From Macrostomum hystrix (taxonomy: Eukaryota; Animalia; Platyhelminthes), in the NCBI GenBank assembly GCA_950097015.1, contig CATNEN010000039.1, forward strand, positions 15,810,001-15,874,000: DNA of 64,000 nucleotides, in the 5' to 3' direction. Shown in pieces: positions 10,747 through 23,381 of the stretch (position 1 is its first letter; each line of letters starts with the position of its first letter). The position numbers and the translations under genes are program-made. The notes beneath the pieces are model-generated. The model saw only the letters and a program-made list of their open reading frames with translations. It ran no database searches and was not told where the DNA came from.

Positions 10747-11280
10747 ATGTCAGATTCTAGTAGGCCATCGACGTCTAGGCAGAACTCGAAGGATGCTGAG
10801 CGGCAAGACTCCATTGAAGAAGCCGCAGCCGATTCTGCTGGCGGAAGAAAAGTCAGCCTATTCAAGAAGTTTGTGACGCCGAGAAGCGCCTCGTCTCAGA
10901 GGAAACAAAGGAAATGGGTCTCAACCGTGGAGGCGCCGCGATTGGAGGACTTGGAGATTGGGGTGAGAAAAGCACGTGACTTCAAGGTCATTTGGAAAAA
11001 CTGTGAAGCTTAAGAAATTCCAATAAATCGTTTCTCAAGGGCGAATATAGTGTGGCGACCTTGAAACACTGTACATTCGTTATTGTACGCGCAAAGGGGG
11101 TAGAGAGCTGTGGCAGAGCGAGAGAGAACAAAATACCGCCTACCCCACACGCGCGTGCGGAAATGTCTAGTTTCAGGTCGGAAACGAATATATCTTAGCT
11201 TAAAAATTTCATTTAACACTAGAGATAGACATATAGATAGATAGATTGATAGATAGATAGATGAATAGATAGATAGATGA

Positions 11281-11326
<46 letters not shown>

Positions 11327-11332
11327 TGATAA

Positions 11333-11374
<42 letters not shown>

Positions 11375-11951
11375 GGACGAAGGCCTCTCAGAGGCAATCC
11401 ACGCACACAGTACTAGATGTTTTTGAAATACCGATTTTTTAATATATAGTACGATGGACCAAATTTTCGGCCAAAGATAGGCCTTCTTACTTAAACCTGT
11501 TAGACAGATTCTGAAACCTGTTAGACAGATGATGAAACATGTTAGACAGATGATTAAACATGTTAGAGTGATAATGAAACATGTTAGACAGATGATAAAA
11601 CATGTTAGGTAGATAATGAAACATGTTAGACAGATAATGAAACATGTTAGATACATACTTGAACCTGTTGGACAGATACTAAAACCTGTTAGACAGATAC
11701 TGAAACACGTTAGACACGATCAGACACTGTTGGTTCTGATGCATTCGAACATAGTTGTGCTCCAACTCTAGAGCATAGCATTTTTCGTGCTAAAAGTACA
11801 CCCCTAGGATTGACGCAGTCACTCCAGTGCACCTTGACTGACGATAATTAAGGCCTTCCAAGCCTTCTCAGGACAGAATTAGCAAATTTGTCAGCTGGAA
11901 TAATTGGCCCATCTTCGGATTGAAGCTTTCACACATCGAACTAGCAGCACA

Positions 11952-11982
<31 letters not shown>

Positions 11983-14900
11983 GCAGAAGCAACAACAGGA
12001 AAGACAGAACACCTAGACAGCGGAGTAAAATGAGATTTCTTTAATAAATTACCAGGATATTTGCAGGCGTATAATCAGGCTAATAATTCGGCCGAACACC
12101 TGTCTTATTCCTTCCCCTCGATCACCTATCTTTCTTTCTCCATCTAAGTCCATCTACCTTTCCCAGTCTCCATTCTCCCTATCTATTTCTCGTCATCTCC
12201 CCTCTACCTCCCACTCTCCCCTATCAGCTTCTCACCGTTTCCCCTCTAGCTCTTTCCTCTCAAATCATACTTCTCTCACTCTCCCCATCCCACTCCCCAA
12301 TCTACTTCTCTCACTCTCCCATCCCACTCCCCAATCTACTTCTCTCACTCTCCCCCTCCCACTCCCCAATCTACTTCTCTCACTCTCCCCATCCCACTCC
12401 CCAATCGACTTCTCTCACTCTACCATCTCCCTATCCCATTTAGGAATCGGGAATAATGGAGTAATGTAATCCACACAATGGGATTCCATAGACTCCTGAT
12501 TCCCCACAGTGGGATTCCATAGACTCCTGATTCCCCACAATGGGATTCTACAGACTCCTGATTCCCCACAATGGGATTCTACAGACTCCTGATTCCCCAC
12601 AATGGGATTCCATAGACTCCTGATTCCCCACAATGGGATTCTACAGACTCCTGATTCCCACAATGGGATTCCATAGACTCCTGATTCCCCACAATGGGAT
12701 TCTACAGACTCCTGATTCCCCACAATGGGATTCTACAGACTCCTGATTCCCACAATGGGATTCTATAGACTCCTGATTCCCACAATGGGATTCCATAGAC
12801 TCCTGATTCCCACAATGGGATTCAACACACTCCCTATTCCCAACACCTCTAATCCGGCAGCCGCAGCACGCTTCGACATCATCAGCCGCCGTCAGAGCCG
12901 TCGACGCCAAACTAGCTCGAAGAAATTCCTCCGACATTGCGTCGAATTCCGTCGCCTCCGATAACGAGGAGGACGAAGCCGAGCAAGCACACAAGAAGAA
13001 GCGCTCCGCTGTTCGCCAGTTCCTGATGGACAGTTTTCGGCCGCGCCTGAGGTCCGACAATTCGACGAAGCGACGACAGGCGTCGAGCGGCGAGCCAGAG
13101 GAATCGGCCGTTGCCGACGCCCACGCCGCCGCCGCAGCTGCAGCCGGCGACGTCGACAACGATGACGATAAGCGACCGAAAAGTCCAGTCGGCGGCCTGG
13201 TGACTCGCCTGATGAACCTGGCTGGCGACAGGCGCGGTAGTCCACACGCCGTTGCCGACGTGTCATCAGGCGGCTCCTCGGCGAAGGGTCTACCCGATCC
13301 ACGCAGGATTCCCCTGGACGAGGCCTACTCCACTGCGGGCTGTGGCGGCGGCGGCGGCTCCTCCTGGGGCCGATTTCTCACCGTCCAGGCAACAGCTGAC
13401 GGAGTCGATAAGAAGGCTGAGAGAATGAGAAAGGTGAGTCTGGCACTGTCCTCACTCTCCCTCTTTCACTCTCCGCCTTTTACTCTTCGTCTTTCACTCT
13501 TTGTCTTTCACTCTTTTTCTTCCACTATTTGTCTTTTACTCTCTGTCTTTTAAAATAGTTACTTAATAATTCATTACACACTACTAATTTATTTTCGAAG
13601 TAGTAGGGACATGTTTTACAAAAGCACTACTATCGTTGCTTTAAAAACCATTCGCAGAGTTCTTGCCCACCGCCAGGGCAAACTTCGTCGGTACAGGAAA
13701 GGCACAGAGATCTGTTCACAAATTTTGTTAATGGTGAGCATACAAAAGCATATGAGTTGACATATTGTATTTTATGGACATGATCGAATTTAGAAGCATT
13801 CCAAAAAGTGACTTTTTCTATACATATCGTCTACAAATTGACTTATCTAAGGCCAGGGTCATTTCTCTCATTTCTCTACTGTCTCATTTCTCCCCGTCTC
13901 ATTTCTCCCCGTCTCATTTCTCCCCTGTCTCATCTATTCCCTGTCTCATCTATTCCCTGTCTCATTTCTCCCCTGTCTCATTTCTCCCCTGTCTCATCTG
14001 TTCCCTGTCTCATCTGTTCCCTGTCTCATCTATTCCCTGTCTCATTTCTCCCCTGTCTCATTTCTCCCTGTCTAATTTCTCCCCTGTCTCATCTATTCCC
14101 TGTCTCATTTCTCCCCTGTCTCATCTGTTCCCTGTCTCATCTATTCCCTGTCTCATCTATTCCCTGTCTAATTTCTCCCCTGTCTAATTTCTCACCTGTC
14201 TCATCTGTTCCCTGCCTCATCTATTCCCGTCTCATCTATTCCCTGTCTCATTTCTCCCCTGTCTCATTTCTCCCCGTCTCATTTCTCCCCGTCTCATTTC
14301 TCCCCTGTCTAATCTATTCCCTGTCTCATCTATTACCGTCCCATCTATTCTATGTCTCTATTCTCCCCGTCTCATTTCTCCCGTCTTTTTTCTCCCCTAT
14401 CTCATTTCTCCCCGTTTCATTTCTCCCCTGTCTCATCTATTCTCTGTCTCATATATCTTCTGTCTCATTTCTCCCGTGTCTCATTTCTCCCCGTCTCATT
14501 TCTCCCTGTCTCATCTATTCCCTGTCTCATCTATTCCCTGTCTAACCTCTGGGTCAATGGGAAGAGATCACCTGAGAGGTTTTTTATCTTGAGACGAACA
14601 GTGTTAGAAAAGATTCAATCAACTAATCAGGAACATCCTTCACCAGCTGCATTTGTGGTTTTTTTTCTCTCTCTCTTAAGGATAAGGATTCTCATAAGAA
14701 TCTAGCTCTTCAATTGGGAAACAGACCCCACCTTGGGGTTGACAGCGACCCCACCCTAATGTACAGTCTAGATGTACATTGCCAATTCTTCCATTCCCTT
14801 ACCCGGCCAATCTTCACTTGTTTTTTCTACCCCGGCGTTGATCCGACTGAACTAATGCTTGAGTGTACATTGAAAACTGCCTTTCACTCCGAGCCTCCCT

Positions 14901-16256
14901 CTCACACGAACGTTCCGGGGGTGTAAAATGAATCGCAGTCTAGAATGAAGGGGCCAGTAATCCTATCTTGTGTCTCGTGACATCGGCGGCCTTAATTACT
15001 CTTTTGCACAAGAAACTAAAAAGTACAAAATAATGAACACAAAATCTGCTTGAATATATATATTTACTCTGGAAGTCGTTGCCCCTTGATACTATTTGCA
15101 GCTCTACTGGTAAGAAAGAACTTTTAATAAATTTGAGGGGAATCAGGACTGCTATTTGAGACCTCTAGTTCCTATTTTGAGATTCTGTAGACTTACGATT
15201 CCCATTTTGGGATTTTGTAGACTTACGATTCCCATTTTGGGATTTTGTAGACTTCCAATTGCCATTTTGAGATTCTGTAATCTTCTAATTCCCATTTTAG
15301 GATTCCGTAGACTTTGGATTCCTATTTTGGGATTCTGTAGACTTCCGATTCCCATTTTGGGATTCTGTAGACTTCTAATTCCTATTTTGGGATTCTGTAG
15401 ACTTCCGATTCCCATTTTAGGATTCTGTAGACTTCCGATTCCCATTTTAGGATTCTGTAGACTTCCGATTCCCATTTTGGGATTCTGTAGACTTCTAATT
15501 CCTATTTTGGGATTCTGTAGACTTCCGATTCCCATTTTAGGATTCTGTAGACTTCTAATTCCTATTTTGGGATTCTGTAGACTTCCGATTCCCATTTTGG
15601 GATTCTGTAGACTTCTAATTCCTATTTTAGGATTCTGTAGACTTCCGATTCCCATTTTGGGATTCTGTAGACTTCCGATTCCCATTTTAGGATTCTGTAG
15701 ACTTCTAATTCCTATTTTGGGATTCTGTAGACTTCTAATTCCTATTTTGGGATTCTGTAGACTTCTAATTCCTATTTTGGGATTCTGTAGACTTCCCATA
15801 AGCATTTAGGGATTCTGTAGACTTCTAATTCCCATTTTGGGATTCCGTAAACTTCTAATTCCCATTTTGGGATTCCAAAGACTTCCGATTCCCACTTTGG
15901 GATTCTGTGGACATCGAATTCCCTCAATGGTGTTCTCCTGATTCTCCCATTCTTCGAGATAGCTGGGTTAGAGTGACAATTTCGTATATGCTAATGCTAT
16001 TATGTATCAGTTTTTGTACCTATTTATAGTGATAATTTTATATAATCTAGAAGCTAAAACGACCCAACAGTAAAAACATGTCTATGTCCGAAAACTTTGA
16101 ACACAAAGCAAATTAAAGCAGAGGAATTGAAAGACAAAATTTGATTATAACAAATAAAATACTTTTTTAAAGTTGAAATCATGGGCTCATCGACTGACTT
16201 GAAATTTAATTTCACACAGCCAGGTCAACTGGCCGCACATCAATGTCCGACCCAGC

Positions 16257-16316
<60 letters not shown>

Positions 16317-19300
16317 TCGATCAACTTCATCGTCTTCTTCCTCAAAACTTCGCCACAGCTCGAGCGCCAGCGGCGGCGGCGGAGGCGGAGGCGGCGGCCT
16401 TCAGGTTCGCGAAAACGACAAGTACATCATCATCGGGCCGCACCGCGACTCCAGCTCCGTCGACCTCGAAGAGATTCGCGAGACCTCCCTGCCGCATCCC
16501 GGCCGAGTGTTTGAAGTGTTCTCCCAGAGGCACCATTGCTACGATTTGATTCCCACAAGCAGCAAGCTGTTAGTGTTCGATCACAATCTAAACGTTAAGA
16601 AGGCCTTTTTCGCCCTGGTGTACAACGGCCTCCGAGCCGCCCCAGTGTGGGACTCTAATGCGCAGAGATTTGTCGGCATGCTGACAATCAGCGACTTCAT
16701 CAGCATACTGCATCATTTCTACCGCTCGGCTCTGGTGCCAATGGAGGAGCTGGAGACTCACAGGATCAGCACCTGGCGGGCACAACTGCAGGACCGGCTC
16801 AGGCCATTCCTGTGGATCTCGCCAGAGGCTTCCCTGTTGGATGCCATCCGACTGCTGCTGCACGCCAAGGTGACTGCGAGCCGGGGTTCGAATCCTGGCC
16901 TTCCTTGAATATTTTAAGCTTGGCTATGAAAATTCTAGATTTTCTAGAAAAATCTAGAATGCTTATCTCAATCTAGAATGCTTATCTCAATCTAGAATGC
17001 TTATCTCAATCTAGAATGCTGATCTCAATCTAGAATGCTGATCTCAATCTAGAATGCTTATCTAAATCTAGAATGCTGATCTCAATCTAGAATGCTTATC
17101 TAAATCTAGAATGCTGATCTCAATCTAGAATGCTGATCTCAATCTAGAATGCTTATCTAAATCTAGAATGCTTATCTCAATCTAGAATGCTTATCTAAAT
17201 CTAGAATGCTTATCTCAATCTAGAATGCTGATCTCAATCTAGAATGCTGATCTCAATCTAGAATGCTGACCTCAATCTAGAATGCTGATCTCAATCTAGA
17301 ATGCTGATCTCAATCTAGAATGCTTATCTCAATCTAGAATGCTTATCTCAATCTAGAATGCTTATCTCAATCTAGAATGCTTATCTCAATCTAGAATGCT
17401 GATCTCAATCTAGAATGCTTATCTCAATCTAGAATGCTGATCTCAATCTAGAATGCTTATCTAAATCTAGAATGCTTATCTCAATCTAGAATGCTGATCT
17501 CAATCTAGAATGCTGATCTCAATCTAGAATGCTGATCTCAATCTAGAATGCTGATCTCAATCTAGAATGCTTATCTAAATCTAGAATGCTTATCTCAATC
17601 TAGAATGCTGATCTCAATCTAGAATGCTGATCTCAATCTAGAATGCTGATCTCAATCTAGAATGCTTATCTAAATCTAGAATGCTGATCTCAATCTAGAA
17701 TGCTTATCTCAATCTAGAATGCTGATCTCAATCTAGAATGCTGATCTCAATCTAGAATGCTGATCTCAATCTAGAATGCTGATCTCAATCTAGAATGCTG
17801 ATCTCAATCTAGAATGCTTATCTAAATCTAGAATGCTTATCTCAATCTAGAATGCTTATCTCAATCTAGAATGCTGATCTCAATCTAGAATGCTGATCTC
17901 AATCTAGAATGCTGATCTCAATCTAGAATGCTGATCTCAATCTAGAATGCTGATCTCAATCTAGAATGCTTATCTAAATCTAGAATGCTTATCTCAATCT
18001 AGAATGCTTATCTCAATCTAGAATGCTTATCTCAATCTAGAATGCTGATCTCAATCTAGAATGCTGATCTCAATCTAGAATGCTGATCTCAATCTAGAAT
18101 GCTGATCTCAATCTAGAATGCTTATCTCAATCTAGAATGCTGATCTCAATCTAGAATGCTTATCTCAATCTAGAATGCTTATCTAAATCTAGAATGATTA
18201 TCTCAATCTAGAATGCTTATCTCAATCTAGAATGCTGATCTCAATCTAGAATGCTTATCTCAATCTAGAATGCTTATCTAAATCTAGAATGATTATCTCA
18301 ATCTAGAATGCTTATCTCAATCTAGAATGCTGATCTCAATCTAGAATGCTGATCTCAATCTAGAATGCTTATCTCAATCTAGAATGCTTATCTCAATCTA
18401 GAATGCTTATCTAAATCTAGAATGCTTATCTCAATCTATAATGCTTATCTCAATCTAGAATGCTTATCTCAATCTAGAATGCTTATCTAAATCTAGAATG
18501 CTTATCTCAATCTAGAATGCTTATCTCAATCTAGAATGCTTATCTCAATCTAGAATGCTTATCTCAATCTAGAATGCTTATCTCAATCTAGAATGCTGAT
18601 CTCAATCTAGAATGCTTATCTCAATCTAGAATGCTTATCTCAATCTAGAATGCTGATCTCAATCTAGAATGCTTATCTCAATCTAGAATGCTTATCTCAA
18701 TCTAGAATGTTTATCTCAATCTAGAATGCTTATCTCAATCTAGAATGCTGATCTCAATCTAGAATGCTTATCTCAATCTAGAATGCTGATCTCAATCTAG
18801 AATGCTGATCTCAATCTAGAATGCTTATCTCAATCTAGAATGCTGATCTCAATCTAGAATGCTGATCTCAATCTAGAATGCTTATCTAAATCTAGAATGA
18901 TTATCTCAATCTAGAATGCTTATCTCAATCTAGAATGCTTATCTCAATCTAGAATGCTTATCTAAATCTAGAATGCTGATCTCAATCTAGAATGCTTATC
19001 TCAATCTAGAATGCTGATCTCAATCTAGAATGCTGATCTCAATCTAGAATGCTTATCTCAATCTAGAATGCTGATCTCAATCTAGAATGCTTATCTCAAT
19101 CTAGAATGCTTATCTCAATCTAGAATGCTTATCTCAATCTAGAATGCTGATCTCAATCTAGAATGCTTATCTAAATCTAGAATGCTGATCTCAATCTAGA
19201 ATGCTGATCTCAATCTAGAATGCTTATCTCAATCTAGAATGCTTATCTCAATCTAGAATGTTTATCTCAATCTAGAATGCTTATCTCAATCTAGAATGCT

Positions 19301-20316
19301 TAGATTGCCACTCGCCCCTATCTTTAATCATTCAAACTATAACATTAATCCTAGAACTTAAATCCTCTAATTGGTGAAGCAATTGTTGAATTCAGTGTTC
19401 GAGTATTGCAATCACTCTTCAAACCAATCCGTTAAGGTTCACCGGCTGCCTGTGGTAGAGCCTCATACTGGCAACGCTCTGTTTATCCTCACCCACAAGC
19501 GCATCCTGAAGTACATCTACCTGAACATGCACCAGCTGCCGATGCCTGATTGGCTAGACTCGCCTCTGCAACAGCTGGGCATTGGAACCTATTCTGGTAT
19601 TCACACTGTGTCAGAGTCAACCCCGCTAGTGAAAGTGCTGAGTCTGTTTGTACAGCATAGAGTCAGCGCGTTGCCCGTGGTTACACCGGAAGGCCAATTG
19701 GCTGATATCTATTCGAAATTTGATGTCATTGTGAGTTGGTTTAAATTCATTGGAGGTTGTCGTCAAGTGGTCAGAGCATTGGACTCACGACTTAAAGGTC
19801 GGGGGTTCGATTCCGGACTTCACCGGAACAATCTGTGTCCTTCGGGCAAGACTGTTGTGAATTAAGCATCTTGCTCGGGGACTCAAATTGTTTCCCTCGG
19901 GCTGAGATTCGAACTCCCGACCTTTAGACCTTTACCGGTCCAAAGTTTCAATATAGCATTTTTTCTGTATCTCCCAAAAACCGACAAGCTACAACTGTCA
20001 CTCTAATCAACAGAACCTGGCTGCCACAAAGACCTACAACAACCTGGACCTGTCAGTGAGGGATGCCCTCCAGTATCGCCGGGATCGATTCGAAGGTGTC
20101 ACATCCTGCCGCGCCACGGACAGCCTTCGCTGCGCCATCGAGAAGCTGGTGACAGCCGAGGTTCATCGGTTGATTCTAGTAGATGACTCGCAACGGGTTG
20201 TGGGCGTGGTGTCATTGTCGGACATACTCAGCGCCATTGTGCTCAATCACGAAGCCCTGAGCCGTCTGGAAGGTCCAGCTGACAGCAAGGCTGTGATTGC
20301 CATGGAGATGGGCTAG
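10747..20316 (+). CDS. PRKAG: AMP-activated protein kinase gamma subunit (PRKAG/SNF4Agamma-like, long N-terminal isoform, ~703 aa)
   Basis: Exons 10747-10962, 12861-13433, 13658-13733, 16220-16869, 19437-19730 and 20014-20316, all GT-AG and phase-consistent (0,0,1,0,0). CBS motifs: CYDLIPTSSKLLVFD..LNVKKAFFALVYNGLRAAPVWDS..Q.FVGMLTISDFI, VHRLPV, ILTHKRILK, RVSALPVV, DIYSKFDVI|NLAATKTYNNLD, AEVHRL, GVVSLSDIL. The last three exons are near certain; linkage of the first three is inferred from phase. Confidence 0.92.
11221..11374. repeat. (GATA)n microsatellite
   Basis: Visible directly. Confidence 0.95.
11495..11715. repeat. 21-bp minisatellite (TGTTAGACAGATGATGAAACA)
   Basis: About 10 diverged units. 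Confidence 0.9.
12265..12425. repeat. ~36-bp CT-rich repeat (TACTTCTCTCACTCTCCCCATCCCACTCCCCAATC)
   Basis: About 4 units. Confidence 0.85.
12471..12830. repeat. 30/31-bp minisatellite (CACAATGGGATTCTACAGACTCCTGATTCCC)
   Basis: About 12 units, ending ~30 bp before the PRKAG exon 2 acceptor. Confidence 0.95.
13855..14545. repeat. 15/16-bp pyrimidine-rich minisatellite (TCTCATTTCTCCCCTG / TCTCATCTATTCCCTG)
   Basis: Tandem units with two interleaved variants. Confidence 0.9.
15155..15915. repeat. 30-bp minisatellite (GATTCTGTAGACTTCCGATTCCCATTTTGG)
   Basis: About 25 units; explains ORFs 15152..15805 and 15156..15809. Confidence 0.95.
16258..16314 (+). repeat. Pure (CAG)19 coding polyQ in PRKAG exon 4
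   Basis: Uninterrupted CAG in the CBS-containing reading frame. Confidence 0.95.
16950..19300. repeat. 19-bp minisatellite (TCTAGAATGCTTATCTCAA), ~2.35 kb
   Basis: About 120 units filling PRKAG intron 4. Confidence 0.97.
19752..19852 (+). mobile_element. Truncated SINE copy (same family as 6314)
   Basis: GGAGGTTGTCGTCAAGTGG...GACTCACGACTTAAAGGTCGGGGGTTCGATTCC...GGAACAATCTGTGTCCTTCGGGCAAGAC aligns to the 6314 head. Confidence 0.8.
19861..19930 (-). mobile_element. Inverted SINE fragment (B box to start of core)
   Basis: Reverse complement reads TAAAGGTCGGGAGTTCGAATCTC...GGAAACAATTTGAGTCCCCGAGCAAGATGCTTAAT. Confidence 0.7.
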
Positions 20317-20479
20317 CGATCTGGTGGCATTGATGGCTTTTCAAATCGAAATTTAATATACGAGCTAGAAAACTGAAAGCGTTATTATCAAACTGACTTT
20401 TCAAAAGATATTGTCCAAGTATGGGGCTTTGGTAGCCTTAACATTATCAGGCTAATTTACTATCGCTCTAGATAGAGCT

Positions 20480-21955
20480 AATTATCCCCACTACCGATTT
20501 TTTATCCCAAAAATTAATTAAATATCCCCACTATATACGAGCTAGTCAATTATCCCAATAGATAGTTAATTACATCACGAGCTACTTAATTATCCCACCA
20601 GATAGTTTATTGTCCCAATCAATAGTCAATTATCCCACGAGCTAGTAAATTATCCCAATAGATAGTTAATTATCACACGAGCAAGGTAATTATCCCACGA
20701 GCAAGGTAATTATCCCACGAGCAAGGTAATTATCCCACCAGGTAGTCAATTATCCCATGAGCTAGTCAATTATCCCACCAGGTAGCTTATTGTCCCAATG
20801 GATAGTTAATTATCCCAATAGATGGTTAGTTATCCCACCAGATAGTTACTTATCCCACAAGATAGTCAATTATCCCACAAGATAGTCAGTTATCCCACAA
20901 GATAGTCAATTATCCCACCAGATAGTTACTTAACCCACAAGATAGTCAATTATCCCACCAGATAGTTACTTATCCCACAAGATAGTCAATTATCCCACCA
21001 GATAGTTACTTATCCCACAAGATAGTCAGTTATCCCACAAGATAGTTACTTATCCCACAAGATAGTCAGTTAGCCCACAAGATAGTCAATTATCCCACAA
21101 GATAGTCAATTATCCCACAAGATAGTCAGTTATCCCACAAGATAGTCAGTTATCCCACAAGATAGTCAATTATCCCACCAGATAGTTACTTAACCCACAA
21201 GATAGTCAATTATCCCACCAGATAGTTACTTATCCCACAAGATAGTCAATTATCCCACAAGATAGTTACTTATCCCACAAGATAGTTACTTATCCCACAA
21301 GATAGTCAGTTATCCCACAAGATAGTCAATTATCCCACCAGATAGTTACTTAACCCACAAGATAGTCAATTATCCCACCAGATAGTTACTTATCCCACAA
21401 GATAGTCAATTATCCCACAAGATAGTTACTTATCCCACAAGATAGTTACTTATCCCACAAGATAGTCAGTTATCCCACAAGATAGTCAGTTATCCCACAA
21501 GATAGTCAATTATCCCACCAGATAGTTACTTAACCCACAAGATAGTCAATTATCCCACAAGATAGTCAATTATCCCACCAGTTAGTTAATTATCCCATTA
21601 GTTAGTAACGTATACCACTAGTTAGTTAATTATCCCACCAGTAAGTAACGTATACCACTAGTTAGTTAATTATCCCACCAGTAAGTAACTTATCCCACTA
21701 TTTAGTAAATTATCCCATCAGTAAGAAAATTATCCCACCAGTTAGTAACTTATCCCACAAGATAGTCAATTATCCCACAAGATAGTCAATTATCCCACAA
21801 GATAGTCAATTATCCCACAAGATAGTCAATTATCCCACAAGATAGTCAATTATCCCACCAGATAGTTACTTATCCCACAAGATAGTCAATTATCCCACCA
21901 GATAGTTACTTATCCCACAAGATAGTCAATTATCCCACCAGATAGTTACTTATCC
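20480..21955. repeat. 20-bp minisatellite (TATCCCACAAGATAGTCAAT)
   Basis: About 70 units with degenerate edges. Confidence 0.95.
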
Positions 21956-22434
21956 GATAAGTCAGTAAACAATCTAACAGCAGTATATGGCTTTGAGCAA
22001 CCGTAATCTACCGTATTTATATTTGCGTACTTAATGCGTAACTGGCAAAATGTTTTCGGTAGAGGAGAAGTCCGATATAAAAAAAGCAATCGTCCTAACT
22101 TATTAATATCAAGTAAGCAACTAGTACGGAATGCAGTTTGTGGTTGTGTTCCAAATTTTTTATGCTCTTTTACTTGTATCGTTCGAGCTTTAAATATAAT
22201 GAAATCAATGTAAAGAATCAAATTTTGGTACGCATGTACTCAGAGTTAGGCAACTAGTCATGCATTGTATAAATTTTTATAAGTTTTTTGTTATCCGCAT
22301 TACACTACTACGAGCGTATAAGTAGCGCTTACAAAGTAGTACTTTTTATTTTCTTCTATCACATCAATGGAGATTACGACAATACATATATAATAAAATA
22401 ATTGGATTCTAATGACAACTTTAATGAAATTTCC

Positions 22435-23100
22435 TAACCTCTCTCCCCTCTACCACTCTCCCGTCTACCTCTCTACCCTCTACCTCTCTGCCCTCTACCT
22501 ATCTCCTCTACCCTCTACCTCTCTCCCCTCTACCTCTCTCCCCTCTACCTTTCTCCCCACTATCTCTCTCCCCTCAAACTCTCTCCTCTCTAACTCTCTG
22601 CCCTCTACCTCTCTCCTCTACCTCTCTCCCCTCTACCTCTCTCCCCTCTACCACTCTCCAATCTACCTCTCTCTCCTCTACCTCTCCCTCTACCTCTCTC
22701 CCCTCTTCTCTCCCCTCTACCTCTCCCCTCTACCACTCTCCAATCTACCTCTCTCTCCTCTACCTCTCCCTCTACCTCTCTCCCCTCTACCTCTCTCCCC
22801 TCTTCTCTCCCCTCTACCTCTCACCCCTCTACCACTCTCCCCTCTACCTCACTCCCCTCTACCTCTCTCCCCTCTACCTCTTTCCCGTCTTCTCTCCCCT
22901 CTACCTGTCTCTCCTCTACCTCTCTCCCCTCTACCTCTCTCCCCTCTTCTCTCCCCTCTACCTCTCACCCCTCTACCTCTCTCCCCTCTACCTCTCTCTC
23001 CTCTGCTCTACCCTCAACCTCTCTATCCTCTACATCTCCCCTTCTACCTCTCTCTCCTCTACCTGTCCCCTACACCTCTCGCCTCTACTTTTCTCTCTCT
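22435..23100. repeat. CT-rich low-complexity repeat (CTCTCCCCTCTAC)
   Basis: Visible directly. Confidence 0.9.
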
Positions 23101-23381
23101 TAATGCCTTTCTTCCATATTTATTTCTGAACTTCAAATTTATTTAAATCATCGCTGCCTAGACATATTGCTTCACGTAGGAGGAGGTTGGGGTTGACGGT
23201 TCGTGGCGACAGCCAATAGCGCCACACCGTTTCATCCATTGGTTCCAAAGCATCTCGACAGTATCTTTAGCTAAACCTTGAACGCTATTTTATTGAATGA
23301 AATCATTGGACTAGCCATTTGGACACAGCAGCAGAAGCAGCAGCAGCAGCAGCATCAACAGCTACATCAATACCACTAGCA

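Noticed and set aside
7085-13302. Antisense or alternate-frame ORFs over the neprilysin and PRKAG exons (likewise over WSC and TMEM43)
   Set aside because: Shadow ORFs of GC-rich coding sequence with no domain motifs.
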